From Trueperaceae bacterium (lineage in GTDB: Bacteria > Deinococcota > Deinococci > Deinococcales > Trueperaceae), in contig OZ243913.1 in assembly GCA_965213705.1 (NCBI GenBank), positions 2,208,001 to 2,272,000 on the forward strand: DNA of 64,000 bases, read 5' to 3'. Shown piece by piece: positions 19,982 to 29,916 of this stretch. The position numbers and the translations under genes are program-made. A model generated the notes under the pieces. It made no database searches. It was not told where the DNA came from and saw only the letters and a list, made by a program, of their open reading frames with translations. The first letter of the stretch is position 1. Each line of letters opens with the position of its first letter.

Positions 19982-20764
19982 GTGACCAAACCTCTGCTCG
20001 AGCTTGCCGACGTCACGTTGCGCTTCGGCGGTATCAGGGCGCTCTCCGGGGTCAGCTTTACCCTGGGCGACGACGAGGTGGTCGCCCTCATCGGGCCGAA
20101 CGGGGCGGGCAAGACGAGCATCTTCAACTGCATTTGCGGCTTTTACGAGCCGCAAGCGGGCGAGATTCGTTACAAAGGCGAGTCGATTCGCGGCCGCTCG
20201 CCCCACGCCGTGGCGCGGCTCGGGGTGGGGCGGGGCTTTCAAAACATCGAGCTGTTCGGCACGCTAACCTGTCTCGACAACCTCTTGCTGGGGCGACACC
20301 TGCACGTTCGCGCCGGCTTGCTGGGCGCGCTGCTCGGCACCGGGGCGTGGCGGCGCGACGAGGTGAGGCAGCGCCAGCGCGCCGAAGAAATCATGGACCT
20401 GCTCGACCTCCAAGCCTACCGCTCGACCCCCGTCGCGGCGCTGCCCTACGGCGTCCAAAAGCTCGTCGAGGTGGCGCGCGCCCTCGCCGCCGAGCCCGAA
20501 CTGCTGCTCCTCGACGAACCCACCGCCGGGATGACCGCCGAGGAAAAGGACGAGATGATGTTCCGGCTGTTGCGCCTGCGCCAGGACTTGGGCATCACCC
20601 TGCTGGTGGTCGAACACGACCTGCGCGTGGTCAGCCGGCTCGCCGAGCGCATCGTCGTCCTCGACTACGGCGTAAAAATCGCCGACGGCACGCCGCAAGA
20701 GGTGCAGCGCAACCCCGAGGTTATCAAAGCTTACCTGGGCGAGACACAGCTGGAGAAAGCGTGA
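19982..20764 (+). CDS. ABC ATPase (LivG-like)
   Basis: GPNGAGKTS, LPYG, LLLDEP, NPEVIKAYLG. Confidence 0.92.
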   Translation: MTKPLLELADVTLRFGGIRALSGVSFTLGDDEVVALIGPNGAGKTSIFNCICGFYEPQAGEIRYKGESIRGRSPHAVARLGVGRGFQNIELFGTLTCLDNLLLGRHLHVRAGLLGALLGTGAWRRDEVRQRQRAEEIMDLLDLQAYRSTPVAALPYGVQKLVEVARALAAEPELLLLDEPTAGMTAEEKDEMMFRLLRLRQDLGITLLVVEHDLRVVSRLAERIVVLDYGVKIADGTPQEVQRNPEVIKAYLGETQLEKA

Positions 20765-21528
20765 TTTTAGAACTCGCCAACGTCGAGTCGGGCTACCACA
20801 AGCGGCTGCCCGTCTTAAAAGGCGTGTCGATAGAGGTTGGCGAGGGCCAATGCGTCACTATTCTCGGCTCGAACGGGGCGGGCAAGAGCACGCTCCTAAA
20901 AACCATCATGAACCTCATCGACGACGAGCCGCGCAAGGGCGAGGTCACAGTGATGGGGGAGAGGGTGCAGGACGACTCCACCGAGCGCGTGGCGCGCTTG
21001 GGCATCGCCTACGTCGTCGAGGGGCGCGGCATGTTTCCCGAACTCACCGTGACCGAAAACTTGCAACTCGGCGCGTTTCACCGCCGTGACCGGGCGGGCG
21101 TCACCGAAGATTTGGACAAGGTCTACAGCCTGTTCCCGCGCCTCAAAGAGCGCGCGCGCCAGCAGTGCGGCACCATGTCGGGCGGCGAACAGCAAATGCT
21201 CGCCATCGCGCGGGCGCTCATGAGCCGGCCCAAGCTGATGATGCTGGACGAGCCCAGCCTCGGGCTCGCGCCGCTGCTGGTCGCGGAGATTTTCGACGTC
21301 ATCCGGGGCATCAACCGCGAGGGCGTGGGCGTGCTGCTGGTTGAGCAGAACGCGGCGCAGGCCCTGCGGATTGCAGACTACGGCTACGTGCTCGAGGGCG
21401 GCCGCATCGTCTTGGAGGGCACGGCTGAGGACCTCAGCGAAAACGAGAACGTGCAAGAGCTTTACCTCGGGGTGAACGCCCAGGCCGACAGCCGGATGTT
21501 CGTGCGGCGCAAACGGCGCTGGAACTGA
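20761..21528 (+). CDS. ABC ATPase (LivF-like)
   Basis: GSNGAGKST, MSGGEQQM, LDEPSLGLAP; GTG overlaps the preceding stop. Confidence 0.92.
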   Translation: MILELANVESGYHKRLPVLKGVSIEVGEGQCVTILGSNGAGKSTLLKTIMNLIDDEPRKGEVTVMGERVQDDSTERVARLGIAYVVEGRGMFPELTVTENLQLGAFHRRDRAGVTEDLDKVYSLFPRLKERARQQCGTMSGGEQQMLAIARALMSRPKLMMLDEPSLGLAPLLVAEIFDVIRGINREGVGVLLVEQNAAQALRIADYGYVLEGGRIVLEGTAEDLSENENVQELYLGVNAQADSRMFVRRKRRWN

Positions 21529-21560
21529 GCGGGCCGTCTCAACCCCGACCTCCGTCAACA

Positions 21561-21595
21561 AAAAGGGCCGGGCGCAACGTTGTGCCCGGCCCTTC
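21561..21595. terminator. Terminator hairpin between convergent operons
   Basis: aagggccgggcgcaa-cg-ttgtgcccggccctt. Confidence 0.75.
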
Positions 21596-21610
21596 TCTTG
21601 TCCGTTGGCG

Positions 21611-22666
21611 CTACTGCATCATGCTTTCGTGCACAGCTTCGTAGACACTTCCGTCGACAATCTCGTCGAACGTCACGGCCTCGTCGATAAGCCCGACCTG
21701 CACGAGCAAGTCGACCGAGCGCTCGAACGCCTCTTGACTAATCGCGCCGACTTGCGTGTTCGCGTCCGGCTTGACGAGTTCGGCGACCCGCGCCATCTGC
21801 CAGGTCTGGTGAACCTGCGGACTCTGGGTCGAGCCGGAGCCGTTGCAGGTGTCGCCGCATTGGGAAATCACGATTTCGACGGCCTCTTCCTGGTTGTCCA
21901 CGGCGTACTGCCAGCCTTTGATGGTCGCGCGTAAAAACCGCTCGGCGACCTCTTGGCCGGACAAACCGGAGCCTTTGAAGTCTTCGCTCGAGAGCAGTTC
22001 GGGCGTGGTGAAGATGAGGTCTTCGAGCAGGTTCGCACCTATTTCCGCCGGGTCGAGGACGTTGAGCGTGTCAAGCCCGTAGCCCAAGCCGACGATTTGG
22101 TCAAGTTCGTTGTAGGTCATCGCCGAGGCCACGTCAACCTCATTCGGGAACACGAGCGCCGGGTCGAAGGCGTAGACGACCGCGTTCACGTCGGGGTTCG
22201 TCACTGTCGGGTCGAGGTTCGAGGTCATCCCTTCGACGTCGAAAATCGCCTGCGAGACGAACTCGTTGCCGAAGCCCCAAACGCCCACCGTCCGCCCGGC
22301 CAGGTCGGGAAACTGCTCGATGCCCGAGTCTTTTAAGGCCACCATCCGGTAACCCGAGTCCTGGTAAATCTGCGCGATTTGCACGACCTCCAAACCCTGT
22401 GCCCGCTGCACGAGCATGTTGGCAATCCAGTCAGTACCGAAGTCGCAGTTGCCGCTGGCGACCTGCACCGTCGGGTTGACGTTGCCGCCGTCCAAAATGG
22501 TGACGTTCAAACCTTCTTCTTCGTAAAAACCTTTGGCCTGCGCGACGAAGTAACCCGCGAACTGCGCCTGCGGGAACCATTTGGACTGAAAGCACACGTC
22601 AACGAGGTCTTGCGCGAAGCCGAGGGAGAGGAGGGTGGCGGCGAGGGTGAACAGCAGTTTTTTCAT
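21611..22666 (-). CDS. NMT1/THI5-family ABC substrate-binding protein (pyrimidine uptake candidate)
   Basis: Signal peptide, KWFPQAQFAGYF, GNEF, SAMTYNE; in the pyrimidine catabolic cluster. Confidence 0.85.
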   Translation of the reverse strand: MKKLLFTLAATLLSLGFAQDLVDVCFQSKWFPQAQFAGYFVAQAKGFYEEEGLNVTILDGGNVNPTVQVASGNCDFGTDWIANMLVQRAQGLEVVQIAQIYQDSGYRMVALKDSGIEQFPDLAGRTVGVWGFGNEFVSQAIFDVEGMTSNLDPTVTNPDVNAVVYAFDPALVFPNEVDVASAMTYNELDQIVGLGYGLDTLNVLDPAEIGANLLEDLIFTTPELLSSEDFKGSGLSGQEVAERFLRATIKGWQYAVDNQEEAVEIVISQCGDTCNGSGSTQSPQVHQTWQMARVAELVKPDANTQVGAISQEAFERSVDLLVQVGLIDEAVTFDEIVDGSVYEAVHESMMQ

Positions 22667-22794
22667 GATTTCTCCTTTGGGGTGGGGGAGTAGGGGACGG
22701 AGTAGGGGAGAAAAGGCTCGTGACTCTACTTTCTCCTTTTTCCACTTTCTCCTCAATGCTTGTGACCGAGACAAAATACCCACTGAAGCTTACC

Positions 22795-23922
22795 TCATCT
22801 TCCCTCCTCTCTGAACGACGGATGCCAACTCGTAAGCAGGCGCTCGAGCGCCGAAAGTAGGCCGTAGAGCAGAATCGAGAAAAAGCTCGAGACGAAAATC
22901 GCCGCGAACACCACGTCGTAAGCCCCGCGCCGCGCTGACAAGGAAATGCGCTGGCCCAAACCGATAGGCGGCCCCGGAATTAAGAACTCCGCGACGATGA
23001 CGCTGATGACCGAGAGCACGGCGGCGAGCTTGAGCGCGTTGAACAGGTAGGGCAGCGCGTTCGGCAGGCGCAGTTTGAAAAAGATGTCGCGCGGCCCGGC
23101 GGCGTAGGCTCTTAAAAGCTCGAGCTTCAGCGGGTCAACAAGCGTCAACCCCTGGACCGTGTTCAGCACGACCGGAAAAAAGGTGACGATGACGACGACC
23201 GCCGCCTTGGACTCCCAATCGACCCCGAAGGCCCGGCCCAGCACCGGCGCGAGCCCCACAATCGGCACCGCCCCGAACGCCGCCGCGAGCGGCAAAAAGC
23301 CGCGCTGCAAAAAAGGCGAGTAGGCGATAGCGACGCCGACCAGAAAGCCCGCGGCGAGACCGAGCGTAAAGCCGAAGGCGACCTCTTTGACAAAAGTGAC
23401 GTAGCTGTCGTTGAGCAGCACCGGCAGGCTCGCGGTGAGTTGGTCATAAACGTTCGTGACGCTCGGAAAAATCCCTTTTGGCACGCGGTAGCCCACGACC
23501 AGACCTTGCCAAACGAGCAGCAGCAGAAAAGGTACGGTGGCGGGCGGTAAACCTCGGCGCAGACGTTTGAGAAAAGAGGATTCGCCCGACTTTTCTTCGA
23601 CGAGGCTCACGCGACCCGTCGCAAACACAGCCGCGAGGAGAGTGCCCCAAAAGAGCGCCCAGTAGCCCCAGGCACCGCTCGAGGTTAGCGGCTCGAGCCC
23701 CCGCACCGCCCAAAACGACCCCAGCAGCCCGAGCGGAACGGTAAGCGTTAGGGTCCACACGTTGCCGACCAAAGCCAGCACGAGCATCGCTAAAACGACG
23801 GCGAGACCGGGAAAGCCGACAACCTCGAGCGTCGTCACGCCTCCCGCACCGAACGGCCCGAATATGCCGACCAACGCGACGACGGCGCACGCCACGACAA
23901 ACAGCGCGGGTCTGAACCTCAC
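22795..23922 (-). CDS. ABC permease (nitrate/sulfonate/pyrimidine type) with extra N-terminal TM region
   Basis: FFPV..NTVQGL, KLRLPNALPYLF, IVAEF; GTG overlaps the upstream stop. Confidence 0.88.
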   Translation of the reverse strand: MRFRPALFVVACAVVALVGIFGPFGAGGVTTLEVVGFPGLAVVLAMLVLALVGNVWTLTLTVPLGLLGSFWAVRGLEPLTSSGAWGYWALFWGTLLAAVFATGRVSLVEEKSGESSFLKRLRRGLPPATVPFLLLLVWQGLVVGYRVPKGIFPSVTNVYDQLTASLPVLLNDSYVTFVKEVAFGFTLGLAAGFLVGVAIAYSPFLQRGFLPLAAAFGAVPIVGLAPVLGRAFGVDWESKAAVVVIVTFFPVVLNTVQGLTLVDPLKLELLRAYAAGPRDIFFKLRLPNALPYLFNALKLAAVLSVISVIVAEFLIPGPPIGLGQRISLSARRGAYDVVFAAIFVSSFFSILLYGLLSALERLLTSWHPSFREEGR

Positions 23923-25223
23923 GCCCGCTCCCAGGGTGCTATGACACGTTGCAAAAACGACACGAGCGCGACCAGGCCAATGCCGAGCAAACCCGAGATG
24001 ATGAGCAAAATCCACACGTCGGCCACGTTGCCCGACTGCACCTGCCCCAAAATCTGAAAGCCCAAGCCCCGCCGGTTGTTCGACTCGGTCTCGGCGACGA
24101 GCGCGCCGACCAGCGCCGCGGCGGTGCCAAGCTTCAGGCCGGTGAAAAAGAAGGGCACCGCCGCCGGAAACCGCACCTTGAAAAAGACTTGCAACGGCGT
24201 CGCCGCGTAGGACTTCATCAGGTCGAGCGCGAGCGGGTCGACCGCGCGCAACCCCTTCACCGTGCTCACCACGACCGGAAAAAAGCAGATGTACGCGCCG
24301 ATGATCGCCGTCGGCAGCAAACTCGTCTGGATGGTGATGCCGAAGTTGCCGAGCACGAGCAGCAGCACCGGCACGAGCGCGATGATGGGAATGGTTTGCG
24401 AGGCAATCGTCCAGGGCAATAGCGCGCGTTCAAGCGGCCGAAACAACACGAACAGCGCCGCCAACACGATGCCCACTGCCCCACCGAGTGCGAGCGCGGC
24501 GAGCGTCCCGAGCGTCGTGTAGAGCGTCGCCCGCACCACGTTACGCTCATCATAAAGCGCATATTTTGAGAAAAACGGCCCCACCCGCGCGGCTATCCAA
24601 TGGGGAAACGGCACCGGATGCTGCGGCAGCGCGTAGAAACACTCGAGCACCGTCGCCCCGCAACTCGGTCGGGAATAAACCGTGTACTGCTTCGTCCACA
24701 GCGTTGCGCCCACACTCGGCGCTTCGGCCAGCAAAACTTGGCCCTTGGCCGGACTGTTTACGAAATAATCCCGGTACTGCCGCACCTGCGCGTTGCGCGG
24801 CGGCGGTCTTGCAAAGGTGACGACGTTGCCGTTGCGGTTATAGTCTACGCCGTCCTCGAGCACGCTCCCATCCACTACGACGAGTCCTTTGCTGCTCTCA
24901 AAAGTAAAAGCATTCTGCACGCCGTCCACCCGCTCCTGCGGGCGCTCCGAAATGTCGGTAAGTTGAAGATTGTCGAGATAGAGTTCTCGAGCCCCGTCGT
25001 TCTCCACCACGTTTTTCTGCGGAAACGCAAACACCCGGTTTTCGCCGTCGATTTCACCGTCGAGTTGTCCACTCGCCACGTCCGCGCTCACCGTTTCTTT
25101 GCTCCACTTGCGCAAGTCGTTTCGGTCGCGCAGCGCCAGCGGCAACCCGAACAGCAGCGCCAGCGGATAGCCGAGCAGGATGAGGACGACGAGGGTGATG
25201 AGAATTGGAAGGTAGCGGTTCAT
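23919..25223 (-). CDS. ABC permease with large inserted extracytoplasmic domain
   Basis: C-terminal core SQTIPIIALVP, FFPVVV..VKGL, KVRFPAAVPFFF; about 170-aa soluble insert after TM1. Confidence 0.88.
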   Translation of the reverse strand: MNRYLPILITLVVLILLGYPLALLFGLPLALRDRNDLRKWSKETVSADVASGQLDGEIDGENRVFAFPQKNVVENDGARELYLDNLQLTDISERPQERVDGVQNAFTFESSKGLVVVDGSVLEDGVDYNRNGNVVTFARPPPRNAQVRQYRDYFVNSPAKGQVLLAEAPSVGATLWTKQYTVYSRPSCGATVLECFYALPQHPVPFPHWIAARVGPFFSKYALYDERNVVRATLYTTLGTLAALALGGAVGIVLAALFVLFRPLERALLPWTIASQTIPIIALVPVLLLVLGNFGITIQTSLLPTAIIGAYICFFPVVVSTVKGLRAVDPLALDLMKSYAATPLQVFFKVRFPAAVPFFFTGLKLGTAAALVGALVAETESNNRRGLGFQILGQVQSGNVADVWILLIISGLLGIGLVALVSFLQRVIAPWERA

Positions 25224-25303
25224 AGAAGGGAGGAGAAAGGAAAAAGGAAAAAGTGAACAGTAAAAGCCTCTTTCTCCTTTCTCCTTTTCCCTTTCTCCTG
25301 CAT

Positions 25304-26095
25304 CTAATGCACCCCCCGCAACGCTTCTCTGACTTCCGTGGCGAGGTCGAAAAACGCTCGCGATTCCCTCGTATCGTTGTCGCGCGGGTAGGGAAGACCG
25401 ACGGGGATGATGCGCTCGATTTTGCCGGGGCGCGGCGTCATCACCACGATACGGCTGCTTAAGAAAACGGCTTCGGGAATCGAGTGAGTGACGAAGACGA
25501 CCGTCTTGCGAGTTTCCTGCCAGATGCGCAGGAGTTCCAAGTTCATCGTCTCGCGGGTGATTTCGTCGAGCGCGCCGAAGGGCTCGTCCATGAGGAGGAG
25601 TTTCGGGTCGAAGGCAAGGGCTCGAGCGATGGAAACGCGCTGCTGCATCCCGCCGGAGAGTTGCCAGGGGTACTGTTTGTGAAAATCTTGCAAACCGACC
25701 ATTTCGAGCAGGTGCGCCGCTTTTGAGCGCCGCTCGGCCTTGGAAAAGCCCATAATTTCTAGCGGCAGCATCACGTTTTTAATGACCGTGCGCCAGTCGT
25801 AGAGCACCGGGGCTTGAAACACGTAGCCGTACTCGCGGCTGAGGCGAGCTTCTCGAGGCGTCTTGCCCGCGACCAACAACTCGCCCGAGGTCGGCTCGAG
25901 GAGGTCGGCGATTAAGCGCAACAGCGTCGTCTTACCGCAGCCCGACGGCCCGATGAGGCTGATGAACTCACCCTCGCCAATCTTGAGATTCGCGTCTTTC
26001 AGCGCCACCGTCTCGGTGCCGCGGCCCCGGTAGACCATGTTGAGCTTGCGAATGGCGATGACGGTTTGGGTGCGAGTCGGTGAGGCGGTCGTCAT
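25304..26095 (-). CDS. ABC ATPase (nitrate/sulfonate/pyrimidine type)
   Basis: [26 protein letters not shown]. Confidence 0.93.
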   Translation of the reverse strand: MTTASPTRTQTVIAIRKLNMVYRGRGTETVALKDANLKIGEGEFISLIGPSGCGKTTLLRLIADLLEPTSGELLVAGKTPREARLSREYGYVFQAPVLYDWRTVIKNVMLPLEIMGFSKAERRSKAAHLLEMVGLQDFHKQYPWQLSGGMQQRVSIARALAFDPKLLLMDEPFGALDEITRETMNLELLRIWQETRKTVVFVTHSIPEAVFLSSRIVVMTPRPGKIERIIPVGLPYPRDNDTRESRAFFDLATEVREALRGVH

Positions 26096-26158
26096 AAGGT
26101 TGCTTCGTATCTTATCTTTTTACGGCGGGCGCTGCCCGGTTGCGCTAAACTTTCAATT

Positions 26159-26851
26159 ATGGTCGAAGTTAAAGCACGGGCAACTGCTCTCGAGACTCCC
26201 GAACTCATGAACGGCGACAAACTGACCCGGCACGAGTTCGAGCGGCGCTATCACGCCATGCCGGAACTAAAGAAAGCTGAACTGCTCGAGGGAGTTGTCT
26301 ATATGGGTTCGCCCGTCAGTTTTGAAAGACATGCCGGACCTCACGCTGATTTGATGACGTGGTTAGGTTTTTATCGCGCCATGACGCCTGGTGTTCTCTC
26401 GGGTGACAACGGCACGGTGCGTTTGGACAACGACAACGAGCCTCAACCGGACGCCTTTTTGTTCATCGTGTCGGGTGGGCAAGCCCATATCGGGGAAGAC
26501 GGTTACTTGGAGGGTGCGCCGGAGCTAGCTGCTGAGATTGCCGCCAGCAGCGTCTCCTACGACCTGCACGTCAAGCTGGATGTTTACCGCCGCAGTGGAG
26601 TACGAGAGTATCTGGTTTGGCGTATAGATGATGAAGCCTTCGACTGGTTCGTGCTGAACGAGGGAAGGTACGAAAGGCTCGAGCCCGCAACAAGCATTCT
26701 GACAAGCCGAACCTTTCCCGGTCTCCAGTTGGACGCAGAGGCTTTGCTCAGGGGTGATACGGCTCGAGTTTTGAACGTCCTGCAAGAAGGCATTGGAACA
26801 AAAGAGCATGAGGCGTTTGTGAAAGGGTTGGGGGCTCGAAGTAAAGGCTGA
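26159..26851 (+). CDS. Uma2-family PD-(D/E)XK endonuclease-like protein
   Basis: ELLEGVVYM, EPQPD, GAPELAAEI, KLDVYRRSGVREY. Confidence 0.9.
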   Translation: MVEVKARATALETPELMNGDKLTRHEFERRYHAMPELKKAELLEGVVYMGSPVSFERHAGPHADLMTWLGFYRAMTPGVLSGDNGTVRLDNDNEPQPDAFLFIVSGGQAHIGEDGYLEGAPELAAEIAASSVSYDLHVKLDVYRRSGVREYLVWRIDDEAFDWFVLNEGRYERLEPATSILTSRTFPGLQLDAEALLRGDTARVLNVLQEGIGTKEHEAFVKGLGARSKG

Positions 26852-26937
26852 GTAGTCGTTGGCTAAGCTCAATACGATTTAAGTTTATATTGGGCCTTTG
26901 GTAGAGAAGTTCAACACTCATTGACATTTACTGCAAT

Positions 26938-27462
26938 TTACCAAGACCAAACTTCTCCACGAAAGCTAACCGAAACACCAATCTGCCGTATAGTTTCTGT
27001 GTCGAAGTAAGTTTCACCGTCAACAGTTACGCCCAAAGCTTCGTTGAGGTCCGAGTACCTGACGTGCTTAACTACAAAGTTGCTGTCTTGCCCATTAAAA
27101 ATCCACCTTTCTCTCACTGTTGAATAGTTGGTTATGGTGGTGAAGTGATAGTAGTAGGCATCGCCTACACTTCTGATTTCCCTTCGTAGGTCTTCATCTG
27201 AAACATATTCATCGTGCCAAGTCTGGATTATAAGAACAAATGCAGTATTAGGGTCAGAAGAAGGATTAAACGATATAAGGTTAAAAGAGTTAATATTGTC
27301 GCTATCAGGGCGGCCCATTTGGATTTCAAACTGCATAGTCAGAAACTCTGCTATTGTTATATCTGCTGAACTCCCGCTCCAACTGGGCGATTGAGCTATA
27401 CCAAAGGCAAAAAATGTAAAAAGGAGTAGGCTGACACAGGTATTGACTGCTTTCCATCTCAT
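26938..27462 (-). CDS. Hypothetical secreted protein (AT-rich, likely foreign)
   Basis: Signal-like N-terminus; visibly lower GC than neighbours. Confidence 0.6.
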   Translation of the reverse strand: MRWKAVNTCVSLLLFTFFAFGIAQSPSWSGSSADITIAEFLTMQFEIQMGRPDSDNINSFNLISFNPSSDPNTAFVLIIQTWHDEYVSDEDLRREIRSVGDAYYYHFTTITNYSTVRERWIFNGQDSNFVVKHVRYSDLNEALGVTVDGETYFDTETIRQIGVSVSFRGEVWSW

Positions 27463-27637
27463 AACAGATTGTCACCTTACCTCATCGTTACTGTTACGTG
27501 TTGAGCATTTGCCAAGCATCTTGCGCTTTAACGACTGTACGATTTCTCTTTTCCTACAAACTTATCTTCTCGCACTGTTACCTCAATCTGCGAGCGCGAG
27601 TTTTTCCTCGAGCCACACCGGTTTACAAGCTTGTTGG

Positions 27638-29011
27638 TTACATGCTCACATCCCGCCTCAACAGCTTGCCGCGCCCTTCTTCACCGACAAACTCCCCATC
27701 CCGCGCCGCCACCTTGCCCCGCACCGTGACCACGCTCGGGCGGCCGTCGATTTCAAAGCCTTCAAAGGCGCTGTAGTCGTTGTTCATGTGCTGCGTCTCG
27801 ACTGAAATTTTGCCGCGGTAGCTCGGGTCGTAGACAACCAAATCAGCATCCTTGCCGACCGCGACCTCACCTTTTTGCGTGAGGCCGAAGAGTTGCGCGA
27901 CCCTCGTCGAAGCCGCGTCCACAAAGCGGTGGATGTCCAAATTCCCCCGGCTCACGCCGTAGGTATAGAGGAGGTTGATGCGGTCTTCAATTGCGGGCAT
28001 TCCGTTGGGAATTTGGGTAAAGTCGTTTTTGCCCAGAGCTTTTTGCTTCACGTCGAAGGGGCAGTGGTCGGTGCCGACGGTGTCGATGTCGCCCCGGTTG
28101 AGCGCGTCCCAAAGCGCGCGTTGGTTCGCCTTGTCGCGCAGCGGCGGCGACATGACGTACTTGGCCCCCTCGACGCCGTCCCGCTCCGCGTAGGTTTTGT
28201 CGAGAACGAAGTGTGGGATGACCGCTTCGACAGCGAGACTGACGCCCCTCGCCTTGGCAGCAAGCGCCTCTTTCAGCGCGAGTTCGTTGCTGAGGTGGAC
28301 GACGTAGCCTCTGGCCCCGGTCGCCTCCAAAAACGTAGCGAAGTGATGCGTTCCGTCTGCCTCGACCGTCACCGGGCGGCTCGGCTCGTGCCATTCGGGG
28401 CCGGTCTTGCCCTCGTCGAGCAAGCGCTTTTGGAGTTGCGCCACGAGTTCGTCGTTCTCACAGTGCGCGGTGACGATGACGCCGAGTTCTTTGGCGAGCG
28501 TCAAGGTTTTGAAAAGCTCCTCGTCGTTCACGCCGAAAAAGTTTTTATAGGCCAAAAAGACCTTGAACGAGGTCATGCCCTCTTTGACGAGCTCGCGCAG
28601 TTGCCCTTCGGTGTCGTCATCAAACTTCGAAACGCCGATGTGAAAGGTGTAGTCGCAAGCGCTGTTGCCCTTAGCCTTGGAAGTCCACAGGTCGTAGCCT
28701 TCCATCAGGTCTTCGTTTCTCGAGGGCGCGAGCATCTCGATATAGGTCGTGGTGCCGCCGACGAGCGCCGCCTTGGAGGCCGTTTCGTGGGTGTCTTTAG
28801 CAAAAGTAGACATGAAGGGCAGGTAGATATGTACGTGCGGGTCGATAAAGCCGGGGAAGACGTACTTGCCCGAAGCGTCGATGACCTCGGCCCCCGGCGG
28901 CGCTTCTAAATCCGGCCCGATGCGGCTGACGGTTTCGTCCTCGACGTAGATGTCGGCTTTGGTGCGCGTGTCGGCGGTGATGATTTCGCCGTTTTTGATG
29001 AGCAAAGACAT
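27638..29011 (-). CDS. hydA: Dihydropyrimidinase / D-hydantoinase
   Basis: PGFIDPHVH, SFKVFLAYK, AHCEN, YVMSPPLR, GTDHCPF. Confidence 0.93.
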   Translation of the reverse strand: MSLLIKNGEIITADTRTKADIYVEDETVSRIGPDLEAPPGAEVIDASGKYVFPGFIDPHVHIYLPFMSTFAKDTHETASKAALVGGTTTYIEMLAPSRNEDLMEGYDLWTSKAKGNSACDYTFHIGVSKFDDDTEGQLRELVKEGMTSFKVFLAYKNFFGVNDEELFKTLTLAKELGVIVTAHCENDELVAQLQKRLLDEGKTGPEWHEPSRPVTVEADGTHHFATFLEATGARGYVVHLSNELALKEALAAKARGVSLAVEAVIPHFVLDKTYAERDGVEGAKYVMSPPLRDKANQRALWDALNRGDIDTVGTDHCPFDVKQKALGKNDFTQIPNGMPAIEDRINLLYTYGVSRGNLDIHRFVDAASTRVAQLFGLTQKGEVAVGKDADLVVYDPSYRGKISVETQHMNNDYSAFEGFEIDGRPSVVTVRGKVAARDGEFVGEEGRGKLLRRDVSM

Positions 29012-29032
29012 TGGAATAGACCTCTTCTTTCT

Positions 29033-29896
29033 TTAGTATCCAGGAGGTGTGCCGCTTTCGTGTTTTTCATAGATGTACTTGAGTTCATTTGTGGCGTGGT
29101 GATTTATCCAAGTCAACTCAATCAAATTACGGTGATTACCTGATTCAAAACTAAGTCTTCGAGGTCTAAAAACTAAGTCATCCGAAATACTTCCTCTATC
29201 CAGAATCAAAACGAAAGGAATTCCGTAAGTCCGAAACTTGAAGTTTGTCACACCTCCGGTTTCGGAAAATTCAATTATTGCTTGCGCACTATTAAAAAGA
29301 TTGGTAATTGCCTCTTGTCTAATGTACAAGCCATTATCTTTTCCAAATGAGGTAGTTTGACAAAGCCTATCAATCAGGTTTGGATGTATTTTATGATGGC
29401 GGTGATTACTGGAGAGGATAGAAAGAAGCGTTTTTAAAAGCCAAAGCTCTAAATCTTCTCCACAAACTATATTGAACGAGCTTGAATTATTACTTCCCTT
29501 ATATATTGAATCCAAAATTCTAAAAAAACGACCGGCCTCAGCGTCTAGAGGAGATAGCAAGTTGTTGTGATAGGTACACAAAACTTTTGATGTGAGATGT
29601 TCCGGGGTTAGGATTTTCACATTCCCATTTGCCCAAGGAAGCCCAGTAACTTTGAGAGATTCCCCCAGTGTTATTTCCTCCAAAATATTCCGCGAGATAA
29701 AATGCTCTTTCGAGATTTTGGTACTGCAGTCGTTAGTAGTATGGAGATAACACTTGTTGTGGCTATAGTTCTTTGGTTGAGGTTTATAGTTGTAGCGCGG
29801 AATTTTGAGCCACAAATTACCAACCAAACAACAATCCTGTGAACGTTTACCACTACCGCAAGGACACAAATCTGTTGGTTCAGAAATCAGCGTCAT
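29033..29896 (-). CDS. SEC-C motif + HNH-like protein (AT-rich insert)
   Basis: CPCGSGK...CC; C..C..ISKEH; LCTYHNNLLSPLD. Confidence 0.7.
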   Translation of the reverse strand: MTLISEPTDLCPCGSGKRSQDCCLVGNLWLKIPRYNYKPQPKNYSHNKCYLHTTNDCSTKISKEHFISRNILEEITLGESLKVTGLPWANGNVKILTPEHLTSKVLCTYHNNLLSPLDAEAGRFFRILDSIYKGSNNSSSFNIVCGEDLELWLLKTLLSILSSNHRHHKIHPNLIDRLCQTTSFGKDNGLYIRQEAITNLFNSAQAIIEFSETGGVTNFKFRTYGIPFVLILDRGSISDDLVFRPRRLSFESGNHRNLIELTWINHHATNELKYIYEKHESGTPPGY

Positions 29897-29916
29897 AGGT
29901 ACAAAACTACTTTCTT

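Noticed and set aside
19945..20760. 527-aa ORF suggesting a fused or extended LivF
   Set aside because: The upstream part is an off-frame overlap of livG; the true start is GTG 20761
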